Part shown: positions 1 through 7,711 of the stretch, piece after piece
Layout of the letters: every line of letters starts with the position of its first letter
How positions within the stretch are numbered: position 1 is the first letter of the stretch
Virus record (IMG/VR): IMGVR_UViG_3300017430_000001
Coordinates: 1 to 57,102 of that record
Length of the DNA stretch: 57,102 bases
Direction: 5' to 3' (one strand)
Source: a virus
Notes under the pieces: generated by a model
What the model was told of the DNA's origin: nothing
What the model saw: only the letters and a program-made list of their open reading frames with translations
The model's database searches: none
Program-made: the position numbers and the translations under genes

Positions 1-123
1 CATGCCGCAGGAACTGCCACGTCGAGATTCACGAATCCCTTGGAAGCCGAAGCCGCAACGTAGGAGTCGATGAAGGTGTCGTTTTCGAGAACAGTCTCTA
101 GTTCTTTGTCGGTAAGAAATTCG
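1..123. repeat. Left copy of the 123-bp sequence that is identical at both window ends (circular assembly overlap)
   Basis: 1..123 read base-for-base identical to 56980..57102. Confidence 0.95.
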
Positions 124-1307
124 CTAGTGGTGTGCTCCTCCCCGATAACCTCTACGTTGTCCAGCTTGGCAAGGGTGGGGTTTTCCCGTACCGGCTCGGG
201 GCGTAGACGGGCATCCTGTACCCGCTTGTGGACAAATTCAAGTCCCCAATCCCGCGCAAGAGCAGAGGTGCGAGGCGAGTTCCACAGCACGGAGGTAGCG
301 GTCAGGTCATCCGCGCCATTTTCCAGCAGCGAGCCCAGCAACTCCCGGAAGATACCCTTATCCCCCGGCTCCCCCGTAACCAGGCGGTCAGGAACACCCT
401 GCGGAACCAGCGAAATGCTGTACACCGGAAGCTGCGAACGCAACTCGATTGCCGCGCCATGTTTTGCGATACCCGACAGAAGCCCCTCTTGAAACTCGTA
501 CAGGTATTCCTCAGGCTCGCGGCTGTGGGCACCTTCCCTGTTAAGGGTCAACTCTTCCAAGCGCTCCAAAAGCACCGGGATTCCAGGGTTCCCTTCGGCG
601 GCGAGGCGAATTGCTCGATGTTGGGCTTCAATTACGTCACTGTGCGTAAAATCATTTCCGCGGTCGGCAAAGAGTGCTTCGGCGTCTTCGATAGCCTTAC
701 GGACCAGCGCGTTAGGCTCGCCCTCTTCCAGCGTCTCGTACCACGCCTTAACGTCACCCTCGAACCGGTCAGCAGTACGGGTGGTGGTTTCGTCCTGTAG
801 CCACTCGGGAGCAACCGTTAGCTCGCTCTTTACAGGTGCAGTATCAGCAGCGAACACCACGTAGCCGTCACCGGAGCAGCGGTCAACACCCGCCATCTTC
901 CGGTAACCGATCTTACGAGGCAGGTTCTTACCCTCGGGGGCGGCGTACCAAATGTGACGGCCCTGACCGCCGGATGAGGTGTATGCGAAAGACTCGGGAA
1001 CCTCAACCCACGCCTTGTCGAGTGAGTCGTAGCCGTCTACGAGGACGACCTTGCCGGATGCGTCCTCTTTGTAGTCCAGGTCGAGAACAACCAGTCCGCT
1101 TTTACCGGTAGCTACACCGATCTTTACCTTGTCCCCATACTTCGCGAACCACTCCTCAACGTGGTACGGGTCGTCGGATGCGTCTTTGAAGCCGTTCTCG
1201 GTTCTCGGGGTACCGTCAAGATTAAGCGGAAATACCCAGAAACCATTTTTGGCGAGGTCGAATGCCAACTGAGCGATTGAGATTGTGGCCTTTTCGGAAA
1301 CAGTAAT
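1..1307 (-). CDS. Primase-polymerase (PrimPol) / P-loop helicase fusion, N-terminal part. The ORF runs off the left edge and continues at 56979 down to 55860
   Basis: My minus-strand translation gives ..NGFWVFPLNLDGTP..GLVVLDLDYK (DxD)..SSGGQGRHIWY. The frame is continuous with ORF 55860..57011 across the duplicated ends. SD GGGAGGGG at 1314-1321. Start uncertain (ATT 1307 / ATC 1310 / TTG 1268). Confidence 0.8.
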   Translation of the reverse strand, partial: MTVSEKATISIAQLAFDLAKNGFWVFPLNLDGTPRTENGFKDASDDPYHVEEWFAKYGDKVKIGVATGKSGLVVLDLDYKEDASGKVVLVDGYDSLDKAWVEVPESFAYTSSGGQGRHIWYAAPEGKNLPRKIGYRKMAGVDRCSGDGYVVFAADTAPVKSELTVAPEWLQDETTTRTADRFEGDVKAWYETLEEGEPNALVRKAIEDAEALFADRGNDFTHSDVIEAQHRAIRLAAEGNPGIPVLLERLEELTLNREGAHSREPEEYLYEFQEGLLSGIAKHGAAIELRSQLPVYSISLVPQGVPDRLVTGEPGDKGIFRELLGSLLENGADDLTATSVLWNSPRTSALARDWGLEFVHKRVQDARLRPEPVRENPTLAKLDNVEVIGEEHTTSEFLTDKELETVLENDTFIDSYVAASASKGFVNLDVAVPAA

Positions 1308-1394
1308 GATTGGCCCCTCCCAGTGGCATCGTCAGACTATCTATCCTATCGCGTTACCCTTTACGTATGCTGTTTACTCTAGCCTCAATATATG

Positions 1395-1469
1395 TCCCCG
1401 TGGCGCGACTCGAACGCGCAAGCCCAGTATTTTGAGTACCGGAGGTATCCCTATTCCCATCACACGGGG
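1395..1469 (-). tRNA. tRNA-like gene, anticodon loop CTCAAAA (anticodon CAA), class-I size, weak D stem
   Basis: Hand fold: acceptor CCCCGTG/CACGGGG, anticodon stem CGGTA/TACTG, T arm GCGCG-TTCGAGT-CGCGC, discriminator A. D stem has only 2 Watson-Crick pairs. Confidence 0.45.
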
Positions 1470-1475
1470 GTAAGC

Positions 1476-1486
1476 AGTTTATCGTC
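1476..1486 (-). promoter_or_regulatory. -10 element CGATAAACT 6 nt upstream of the tRNA-like 5' end
   Basis: Minus strand reads gaCGATAAACTgctta then the tRNA; matches the conserved TGATAAACT motif family. Confidence 0.45.
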
Positions 1487-1553
1487 ATGCTCAGGACTTC
1501 TCCCGCCGTCTTTTCCACCGTACGTCTACGGCTTCTAGGGTTGCGGTTCCCTC

Positions 1554-1625
1554 GCTGTTCCCCTGGACTCGAACCAGGACTAACGCATCCAGAGTGCGTC
1601 GTGCTGCCAATTACACCAGGAGACA
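1554..1625 (-). tRNA. tRNA-Gln(CUG)-like
   Basis: Hand fold: D arm GTGT-AATTGGCA-GCAC, anticodon arm ACGCA-CTCTGGA-TGCGT, T arm CCTGG-TTCGAGT-CCAGG. Acceptor stem has one mismatch or bulge. Confidence 0.55.
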
Positions 1626-1631
1626 TCAAGC

Positions 1632-1643
1632 AGTTTTACATCG
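1632..1643 (-). promoter_or_regulatory. -10-like element TGTAAAACT upstream of tRNA-Gln
   Basis: Minus strand reads gaTGTAAAACTgcttga then the tRNA 5' end. Confidence 0.4.
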
Positions 1644-1693
1644 TGCTTAGGATGAGGGTTTAGAGGTTGACAGCCTCCTATGGCGACCCTAGT

Positions 1694-2077
1694 TTAGAAA
1701 GGCCCTGACGAGTCTCCGCCGCCAGCCGATTCGAGGACGGTGAAGTCGCCGTACCGGAGGGTAATGCCCAGCTTAGGATTGCCCTCCCGGTCGGTGTACT
1801 CGCGGACCTCCTGCTTGGCGTTATCTACCCGAATTTTGTCCCCCTTCTGCACCTGGGAAAGAACGTTCTGAGCAAATTCCCCCGCGCCAGAATAGGTATA
1901 CCAAGTGGTCGAAGTCTTAACGAACTCGCCGTCCTTCTTGTAGCCCTCGTTAACCGGAAGGCTCACCTCTAGAATGCCCCGGTCACCACTCTTATCGTAT
2001 GCAGGCACTCGGGCAGGGGCGGCAGCGTAAGCCACAATGGAGGCCGTAGCGCCAAGGTAGTTGTTCTCGTTAGTCAT
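1694..2077 (-). CDS. ssb: Single-stranded DNA-binding protein
   Basis: OB-fold-like length and a Gly-rich acidic tail ending GGGDSSGPF (SSB C-terminal PF tip). Confidence 0.8.
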   Translation of the reverse strand: MTNENNYLGATASIVAYAAAPARVPAYDKSGDRGILEVSLPVNEGYKKDGEFVKTSTTWYTYSGAGEFAQNVLSQVQKGDKIRVDNAKQEVREYTDREGNPKLGITLRYGDFTVLESAGGGDSSGPF

Positions 2078-2288
2078 TTTTGTTTTCCTCCCGGTTGGAT
2101 GTTGAAACAGCGGCCCACTTAAAGAAGGAAGGGCTATTTTCCAGTTTCTCTACGGCCCATGTTCCGTAGCCGTTTGATCGTTTCTCGGCTTCGTCCACAG
2201 CCTCTTGCCAGCTATGGGCTTCAAGGCTCTGACTTTTGCACTCTTTCGTGGCGTTCACAAGCCAAACCCGATACTTAGCCATCCCCAT
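2070..2288 (-). CDS. Hypothetical protein
   Basis: ORF track; overlaps neighbours in a packed operon. Confidence 0.5.
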   Translation of the reverse strand: MGMAKYRVWLVNATKECKSQSLEAHSWQEAVDEAEKRSNGYGTWAVEKLENSPSFFKWAAVSTSNREENKND

Positions 2289-2517
2289 CCTCCGTACCCG
2301 AGTCTACAACCTCTTCGGGCTCGGTGTCAACTTCCGACTGTTCGGTTACCGGTTCGCCAAACAGGAAGTGACGGCCCAGACGATCCGCTTCCACATCACT
2401 CAGGATGACGTAGGTGCTACCGATAGATAGGCCGAAGCCCTCATCCAACCGGCTGACATGAACCTTCGTCACCGCATCAACGCTGAATAGTTCGTTCACT
2501 AGACATCCACCCTTCAC
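2275..2517 (-). CDS. Hypothetical protein with acidic C-terminus; start uncertain (2517/2499/2472)
   Basis: ORF track; ends ..EPEEVVDSGTEDGDG. Confidence 0.5.
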   Translation of the reverse strand: MKGGCLVNELFSVDAVTKVHVSRLDEGFGLSIGSTYVILSDVEADRLGRHFLFGEPVTEQSEVDTEPEEVVDSGTEDGDG

Positions 2518-2620
2518 TAATAAGACGTTCCGTTACCCGCTCTAGAATTCGGGTGTCAATCGACGCCTCCATGTTCGCATCAAGCGCATCTTGGAGTGCA
2601 TAAGTAGCATTGTTCGTCAT
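2477..2620 (-). CDS. Small hypothetical protein (47 aa, MTNNATYALQDALD..)
   Basis: My translation. Its ATG overlaps the upstream stop (TAATG). Below the 60-aa cutoff of the track. Confidence 0.35.
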   Translation of the reverse strand: MTNNATYALQDALDANMEASIDTRILERVTERLISEGWMSSERTIQR

Positions 2621-3567
2621 TACAACTCTCCCAACTCCTTGTCCAACTGTTTTAATTCCCGTTCGGCTAGTCGGGCTGATACCGCCGCCTCGAAGAGCCT
2701 GAACCCCGCATCCACCTTAGCATGAGGAACACGCTTCAGTTTACAGAACGGTTCGGTGTATACCCCACCGTTGCCTACCTCTCCGGGGCGTACATGAAGG
2801 ATAGCGTACTCCGAGAACGGTGGCAACACATCCTCCACCCACCACCGCTCTTTGTACTCTACCGCGCCGTCTGTACCCGCTGGAACCTCCCGCATGAGGC
2901 TCTGTGCGGCCCCTAGAGCAGCCAACTGGGCAATGTGCTCCCGGCGCGTACGTCGAGAAGTTTTTACGTCTACCAGCGTAGGCACCGCTACGCCTGCCGG
3001 TTGCCCCAAACACGTAGGCCCGTCATGCTCACAGATGATTACCAGCAAGTGATCCAGAGTACCCGCCCAGTTCTCACCAACAACCGTAGCCTCCGACAGC
3101 ACCACTTCGATTTTATGCTGGGATTTCCACTCCAAGAAGGCTTCGATCATCTCGGCCTGCTCTTCGCGGAAAATCTCAGGCTCAAAACGGTCGTTTAGGT
3201 TGTCCTCAATCCACGTGTGGGTAAGGGTTCCCAGTTCGCCTAGATCACTAAGAACACCGTTTGAAGCGTCAGAGAAGTCTTTTAACGGATTGTCAAAATC
3301 ATCTTCTTTCCACCGCGAATGGTAAAACCTAAGAAACCCCCACTGCTGATGTTGTTCCATTTCGGAGAGGCGGTCAATATTTAAAAGGGCGTAGGCAATC
3401 GTGTTATCTACCGACCATTGCGTTACGCCTTTCTTTTCTAGGATTCCCAGAGCAGTGGTCACACCCATTACCCGGGCGGGACGGCCCTTCTCATCTGGCC
3501 GACAAGGTAGAGCGTATCCACGTCCTTCATAGCCCGAGGCATCTACGGCAAGGAACGGCTTCGTCAA
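2620..3567 (-). CDS. PD-(D/E)XK (RecB/Cas4-like) exonuclease, TTG start
   Basis: GTLDHLLV..PTLVDVKTS fits a D..(D/E)xK nuclease core; sits next to Erf and SSB. Confidence 0.65.
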   Translation of the reverse strand: MTKPFLAVDASGYEGRGYALPCRPDEKGRPARVMGVTTALGILEKKGVTQWSVDNTIAYALLNIDRLSEMEQHQQWGFLRFYHSRWKEDDFDNPLKDFSDASNGVLSDLGELGTLTHTWIEDNLNDRFEPEIFREEQAEMIEAFLEWKSQHKIEVVLSEATVVGENWAGTLDHLLVIICEHDGPTCLGQPAGVAVPTLVDVKTSRRTRREHIAQLAALGAAQSLMREVPAGTDGAVEYKERWWVEDVLPPFSEYAILHVRPGEVGNGGVYTEPFCKLKRVPHAKVDAGFRLFEAAVSARLAERELKQLDKELGEL

Positions 3568-3731
3568 AAATGCTTCCTTGCGTCGTCTAATGCCTTCGAT
3601 GCGGACGGGAAAGTCTTGCCCGATCCGTGCTTCCCGTTTTGGGTCACCCAGTCAAACACCTCTTCGCCGTGCTGAATGATATCAATGTTGATCCGATGCT
3701 GCAACGTCGTAATCACCCGAGGGTAATTCAT
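3564..3731 (-). CDS. Small hypothetical protein (55 aa, MNYPRVITTLQHRI..)
   Basis: My translation; ATGA overlap upstream and TTGA overlap downstream. Confidence 0.4.
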   Translation of the reverse strand: MNYPRVITTLQHRINIDIIQHGEEVFDWVTQNGKHGSGKTFPSASKALDDARKHF

Positions 3732-3958
3732 TCGGCCTCCACCTCGGCGTCGGAAATCTGCTTTGCAGGGACCGTCCCGTGCGGGCGGACCTCGACATAG
3801 TGGTCGTGGCTACCACCCCCAGGGCAAAGGCATGAACGGCGCAACGTTCCGCCGCAGTCGAGACCCGAGGAGATCAGCGCGGGAGAGCAGTGCTGCCACT
3901 CACCGCCCCTCGGGGTAACGACGAATGCCAGCGCTTCGCGTACGTCGTCGGTCATCAC
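3728..3958 (-). CDS. Hypothetical Cys-rich protein; C-terminus shares the EVRPHGTV..DAEVEA module with 13345..13587
   Basis: ORF track; shared DNA block at 3738-3795. Confidence 0.5.
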   Translation of the reverse strand: MMTDDVREALAFVVTPRGGEWQHCSPALISSGLDCGGTLRRSCLCPGGGSHDHYVEVRPHGTVPAKQISDAEVEAE

Positions 3959-4599
3959 GCGCCGCCCTTCAGCTTGCCGCTCTTCAGGTCAGCGAGAACG
4001 GCTTCCATTGCCTGAGCGGAGTTCTTACCGACCTTGACGTACTTTTCGTGCGCTGCGTTCACCTCGGGACCGGAGATAAGACCCTTCTCGATGTAGTTCA
4101 CCCGAATGTCGTCCTTGGTGGACTGCACCTTTCCCTGCGATGCCGGTTGGGCCTTAGCCACGCGGGCCTGTGCCGTGGCCGCAGTTGCCTCCGCCTTGGT
4201 GGGAAGCGATGCCGCATTACCGTCATCGTCCGCATCCGCCACGATTCCCGTAAGGGAGGCGAGAAGGTATCGACGTGCGTAAGTGATTGCACTACCGATC
4301 TTCTGCGGGTCGGTGGCGATGATCGGGAAGAAACCGCTTCGCTCTTCCCCGGACTCATGCAGCAAGGTTGCCGAAAGACCGAACTGCCCGTCCTGCATCA
4401 CACCCCCCGCCGTGAATGACAACCCGTTATCTGCCAACTTCGGAAGAACAACCTTCGTGATCTTCGGGAGGGATGCGAACTTGCTCTTGAAATGCGGATT
4501 TTCGCTATCAAGACCAATGTCCGGGAGGTCAGCCTGGAACTTAATCAGCGCTGCCGCCAGCTTGCTACCTTCGCCACTCTCAACGTATGCCTTTACCAA
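3955..4599 (-). CDS. erf: ERF-family single-strand annealing recombinase
   Basis: ENPHFKSKFASL and AITYARRYLL resemble Erf motifs; adjacent to the nuclease and SSB. Confidence 0.7.
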   Translation of the reverse strand: MVKAYVESGEGSKLAAALIKFQADLPDIGLDSENPHFKSKFASLPKITKVVLPKLADNGLSFTAGGVMQDGQFGLSATLLHESGEERSGFFPIIATDPQKIGSAITYARRYLLASLTGIVADADDDGNAASLPTKAEATAATAQARVAKAQPASQGKVQSTKDDIRVNYIEKGLISGPEVNAAHEKYVKVGKNSAQAMEAVLADLKSGKLKGGA

Positions 4600-4651
4600 T
4601 GTGTTTCCTCTCCTTAGCCCGTAGGCGTATCCCAGTCTAACGTACGATTTT

Positions 4652-4858
4652 CTACTTGCCGAGAAGGTGACTCATATCCACCACGGTCACAGCCACTTCC
4701 CAGAGTTTGTCCTGGTACTTTGTGAAGTGGTGAATGCAGTAGGACAGGTTACTCCCGGATTCCAACTCGACAAAGTAGTAAGCCCGGGCCGTCCCACACG
4801 CATCACACGCCACGTACTCGTCTACATCACCCTCAACAATTTCCAGCGTCTTAGTCAT
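4652..4858 (-). CDS. Hypothetical Zn-binding protein (CDAC..C.HH); start at MTKTLEIVEG
   Basis: ORF track with an internal ATG at 4858; its first 10 codons are duplicated at 5038-5066. Confidence 0.55.
   Translation of the reverse strand: MTKTLEIVEGDVDEYVACDACGTARAYYFVELESGSNLSYCIHHFTKYQDKLWEVAVTVVDMSHLLGK
4829..4857. repeat. 29-bp direct repeat, copy A (28/29 identical to 5038..5066)
   Basis: accctcaacaatttccagcgtcttagtca versus accctcaacaatttccagcgttttagtca. Confidence 0.9.
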
Positions 4859-5033
4859 CAGAAGCGCATTCCGGGCAGATATCTTTTCCGTTTCTATACA
4901 CCCACCCATAATCTCGTCCAAAGCGTCGTGCCTGACTTACTGTGGCAATGTCCCCTATTGCACCCGACCCTTGACCATCATGCCACTCATCACAAAAATC
5001 ACACCAAACAGTTACCGATTTTGTATAACTCAT
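4851..5033 (-). CDS. Zn-ribbon protein (60 aa; CDFC..CPEC), bracketed by the 29-bp repeats
   Basis: ORF track 4851..5048, trimmed to the ATG at 5033 (MSYTKSVTVWCDFCDEW..). Confidence 0.55.
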   Translation of the reverse strand: MSYTKSVTVWCDFCDEWHDGQGSGAIGDIATVSQARRFGRDYGWVYRNGKDICPECASDD

Positions 5034-5037
5034 TTTA

Positions 5038-5066
5038 ACCCTCAACAATTTCCAGCGTTTTAGTCA
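5038..5066. repeat. 29-bp direct repeat, copy B; encodes a dead-end 10-codon copy (GTG-TKTLEIVEG-stop)
   Basis: Read directly from the sequence. Confidence 0.9.
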
Positions 5067-5180
5067 CTATGGCACCCGCAATCGCAAGATCGGTTTAGTT
5101 CACCCAACAATACCCGATGGCACCATTCGTGGCTATCCTTCGACGGCCACATACAGAAGCCGGATAGGTGGGGTTTGTCT

Positions 5181-5753
5181 TTAGTCATGCTCGAACTTCT
5201 TAGGCGGGTAGTCCCCTTGAAGACTGAGGCCGTCAAGTTCTTTCAAAGCTTGCAGACAAAGGGGCATTACGTTGTCCCGGGTGAGGACTTCTCGCAGCTT
5301 AACAATCTTGTCGGGGGTTCGTTCATAAGTTGATACACCCGATCCGTAGTAATAGCCATATGGGTATCGGGTTCCCGTGTAATGACTGGTGCCGTAAATC
5401 GTGTCCGTTTCACCCGTGTAGGCAGTGGGGATATCTACGACAAGAATACTTCGGTTCACATAACGGTCATAAGTCACTTCACCCATCTTTGTAACAGTCT
5501 TGTACTTTTCGCGGGGCCACCACCAATGCTTTACCCTTACGCGGGTTTCAACTTCTTCCGTTTTCACCTTAGTTTCTTTGTTGGATCGCTCACCGATTGA
5601 TTTCCCAATGTCGTAAAGCAGCCCGGTAGAACTATACTTCTTCCACTCGGTATCGGGTAGTTTCTTACGGATGGTCACATTGTACTTCCCGAGGCTCCAA
5701 AAGTAACCATCTGGTAGTTCAGGAAGACCCGTGGCGTTGTCAATTTCAGTCAT
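5181..5753 (-). CDS. Hypothetical protein (190 aa from MTEIDN)
   Basis: ORF track; the ATG at 5753 overlaps the upstream stop by 8 nt. Confidence 0.55.
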   Translation of the reverse strand: MTEIDNATGLPELPDGYFWSLGKYNVTIRKKLPDTEWKKYSSTGLLYDIGKSIGERSNKETKVKTEEVETRVRVKHWWWPREKYKTVTKMGEVTYDRYVNRSILVVDIPTAYTGETDTIYGTSHYTGTRYPYGYYYGSGVSTYERTPDKIVKLREVLTRDNVMPLCLQALKELDGLSLQGDYPPKKFEHD

Positions 5754-6105
5754 TGGGAATCTCCATATTCTTTCGGTGCCCGGCAAAAATTCCGTGGCTT
5801 GGTCGGGCTACGATACGGAAAATATCACACTCTCGGAAGGCGGGGCAACCCGCGCACGCTAGCTGGGCATCCCGTTCGGAGAGAAGATTGTCCCCGGAGA
5901 ACTCTTCTGCACGTCCCACACACGGAACGCCTTTACCTTCCCCGCGTTCTTTCTTCATTTCTTCGGCGGTTACTTTGTCGTTGAGGTTTTTCAGCGCTTT
6001 GGCCTCGGCATGACCCAGCAGCAAATTGTTAATCGAGTATTGCTTTTCAACTTTACGGTCTGCCAGAACCTTATAGCCCCGGATGCTAGAAATATTCTCA
6101 GCCAT
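5746..6105 (-). CDS. whiB: WhiB-like (Wbl) Fe-S transcription factor
   Basis: C-x21-C-x2-C-x5-C (PCVG..ACAGCPAFREC) followed by GIFAG (GxWGG-like turn). Confidence 0.8.
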   Translation of the reverse strand: MAENISSIRGYKVLADRKVEKQYSINNLLLGHAEAKALKNLNDKVTAEEMKKERGEGKGVPCVGRAEEFSGDNLLSERDAQLACAGCPAFRECDIFRIVARPSHGIFAGHRKNMEIPND

Positions 6106-6327
6106 TTACTTCTTTCTCACTGCGTATTTCCAAAGGCCGCGTTCTCGGTTCCCACGCTCCACGATCTTACGAGCCATGCTTGCAGCCGCTCGGTAGTGCC
6201 GGTTAGCCACGTCGTAATCCCCGAAAGTCACTTCCCAATTCGTCCGCTCCCGAATAGCACGATACTCCTGCGCTCTCACCACGTAATGCCTACGGGCCTT
6301 TCGATACAGGTTTTTACTGAAAATCAT
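6106..6327 (-). CDS. Hypothetical basic protein (start MIFSKNLYRK)
   Basis: ORF track; SD-like AAGGGGGAA 7 nt upstream of the ATG at 6327. Confidence 0.5.
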   Translation of the reverse strand: MIFSKNLYRKARRHYVVRAQEYRAIRERTNWEVTFGDYDVANRHYRAAASMARKIVERGNRERGLWKYAVRKK

Positions 6328-6474
6328 TGTTGCGTTCCCCCTTAGCAGTGCATCGAAACCAGACCCACATAATAGTGGGCGGACCCTCAGATGGAAAAGC
6401 CGGTATTTTAATAAGGTGCCTGTGCACACCGGAAAGGTCTTCGGTTTCTCGCTTAACTCGTCGTGTTGAGAAAA

Positions 6475-6681
6475 TCATCGCCCCTGTCCAATCGCAAAGT
6501 CGCGGGTCATATAGTAGTGACCAAGGTACTGCTCTACGGCGTCCATCGTCACAAAAGTCTGTGCAAAATGAGAATTAATGTAAAGATCATACTCCCGCCA
6601 TTCGGGGAATTCGCGAACTTCAACTTCCTCGTTTAGTTCCTTTGACCAATACCCTTCAACGGTTTCGTCGCTGTTTCTCAT
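6475..6681 (-). CDS. Hypothetical protein (68 aa, MRNSDETVEGYWSKELNEEVEVREFPEW..)
   Basis: ORF track with an internal ATG at 6681; its 5' third has a diverged duplicate at 7306-7410. Confidence 0.55.
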   Translation of the reverse strand: MRNSDETVEGYWSKELNEEVEVREFPEWREYDLYINSHFAQTFVTMDAVEQYLGHYYMTRDFAIGQGR

Positions 6682-7309
6682 TTCTCTTCCTTTCCCTGTA
6701 AGCAATGTCATAATTGTTTTTAGCAGTTCTGCATTTTTCGCAACGGCAAACATAACCTGTGTACCCGGTTACTGTACCGTGCACCTCACTGTCGGGAGGA
6801 AGTGGGTTACGACGAGCTTTTTCCCTCTTAGACTCCGACCAATCCCGAGAACACTTAATGCACTTTCGGATGCCGTTATAGTATCTTGTATTTTCAGCAG
6901 TAAACTCGTGTTGTTTAGCACAATGACTCTTAATGGATCTATTATCCGTTCCATCCCGAAAGCGGTCCCGCATATTCTTAAGTTGATCGCCCCAAGATAA
7001 GTTTTCAATTCTGTTGACAAACTTACCTTCAGGCCCGTGGATAACAAAAGGAAGATCTTCGGGGTTTTCAAGAAACGCTTTTGCTACCAAACGATGAACA
7101 GAAACAAGTTTTTCATGTCCTGTGTAATCCGATAAATGAACGGCCAGATACCCGCTTCGATCTATTCGAGGTTTTAAAATCTTTCCCTTAACGGGTAAAG
7201 GCCATCCGTTTGAACGTTTTGTTACCCTGGAAACGGACCTTACATTTCCTTCCGACGAAACTTCATATTTACCCTCATAGCCGATAACGGGCAACCAAAC
7301 TTCAGTCAC
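6656..7309 (-). CDS. HNH homing endonuclease with a NUMOD4-like N-terminus (free-standing mobile gene)
   Basis: WLPVIGYEGKYEVSSEGNVRS and HRLVAKAF..N..N motifs; visibly AT-richer than its neighbours. Confidence 0.8.
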   Translation of the reverse strand: MTEVWLPVIGYEGKYEVSSEGNVRSVSRVTKRSNGWPLPVKGKILKPRIDRSGYLAVHLSDYTGHEKLVSVHRLVAKAFLENPEDLPFVIHGPEGKFVNRIENLSWGDQLKNMRDRFRDGTDNRSIKSHCAKQHEFTAENTRYYNGIRKCIKCSRDWSESKREKARRNPLPPDSEVHGTVTGYTGYVCRCEKCRTAKNNYDIAYRERKRNEKQRRNR

Positions 7310-7410
7310 TTCAGGTCAATCTCATTCCACTCGGGAAACTCTCGAATCTCAACCTCTTCGTTAAGCTCATTCGACCAATAAGACTCCACCGTCTCATCAT
7401 CCTTACGCAT
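7306..7410 (-). pseudogene. Truncated 34-codon duplicate of the 5' end of gene 6475..6681
   Basis: My translation MRKDDETVESYWSNELNEEVEIREFPEWNEIDLK-stop is 26/33 identical to the N-terminus of the downstream gene. Its stop overlaps the HNH GTG start (GTGA). Confidence 0.7.
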
Positions 7411-7711
7411 CTTCGTCCCTCTCTCCGAGATACCAACGCAACGTCTCGATCCGCTTCCGAGCATACACCTCGAACTGCGCATCCGTTACGATGGTTTTCA
7501 GTTCGTCATCTTCTTCGATAACGCCGTACTCCGACCAGTCCTTGAATGCCTCGGACATGGCTTGGTCGTAGTCATCAAAACCCACGGCACCCTCACGAAT
7601 AGTGGCGGGAATGCCGTCTTCGAGAGTTGACATAAAGCCCATGATGACATACCACTTCAAGTCATCTGAGTTGAACTTCACCGTGTAGTAATTATCCGCG
7701 CTCATAACCAC
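7403..7711 (-). CDS. Hypothetical acidic protein
   Basis: ORF track. Confidence 0.55.
   Translation of the reverse strand: MVMSADNYYTVKFNSDDLKWYVIMGFMSTLEDGIPATIREGAVGFDDYDQAMSEAFKDWSEYGVIEEDDELKTIVTDAQFEVYARKRIETLRWYLGERDEDA

Noticed and set aside
1470-1553. Third tRNA in the spacer between the two tRNA-like genes
   Set aside because: No T-loop consensus or cloverleaf could be drawn. The spacer contains only the promoter-like element.
6475-7410. Group I intron carrying the HNH ORF
   Set aside because: The downstream copy restarts with its own ATG and repeats the N-terminus instead of continuing the upstream reading frame. This is a duplication, not a split exon pair.
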